From Octopus bimaculoides (lineage: Eukaryota), in NCBI RefSeq assembly GCF_001194135.2, contig NC_068986.1, forward strand, positions 36,050,461 through 36,099,628: a stretch of 49,168 nt of DNA, given 5' to 3'. How positions within the stretch are numbered: position 1 is the first letter of the stretch; the number at the start of each line of letters is the position of its first letter. Under the pieces are notes generated by a model. The model had not been told where the DNA came from. It ran no database searches and saw only the letters and a program-made list of their open reading frames with translations. Shown here one piece after another: positions 49,029 through 49,168 of the stretch. The translations under genes and the position numbers were made by a program.

Positions 49029-49168
49029 TGTATTGTATCAACTCACCTGTTTTGACACAATACAATGTCTGCAAGTTGATGAATACCACCCCTATTTCCC
49101 TCCATTTTCTTATTGCTATATAAATTAATGGTAAACTATATTTTTACCCGCATCCATTGTTTGCACTT

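Overview
AT-rich, microsatellite-dense eukaryotic genomic DNA from a gapped draft assembly (11 N-gaps, nearly all abutting microsatellites). The SINE families and repeat landscape point to a coleoid cephalopod, most likely Octopus (inference). There are no prokaryotic features, CRISPR arrays, rRNA or genuine tRNA genes, and most ORFs in the supplied track are microsatellite or gap artefacts. The window is mainly intronic/intergenic and contains: (i) more than 20 tRNA-derived SINE copies in at least three families that share modules (Nin-like, CORE-like, RTE-type tail), many in head-to-tail chains; (ii) decayed LINEs of three clades (RTE, CRE-type RLE, CR1), two with internal deletions in or across the RT domain; (iii) a mariner transposase relic, a mariner-like MITE and a hAT end; (iv) three Penelope-like terminal remnants with a minimal hammerhead-ribozyme-like fold; (v) two candidate coding exons on the minus strand (43995-44108, 32886-33034) that may encode a small uncharacterised invertebrate protein, with a candidate spliced antisense RNA inside its intron. 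All calls are by eye, without database searches.
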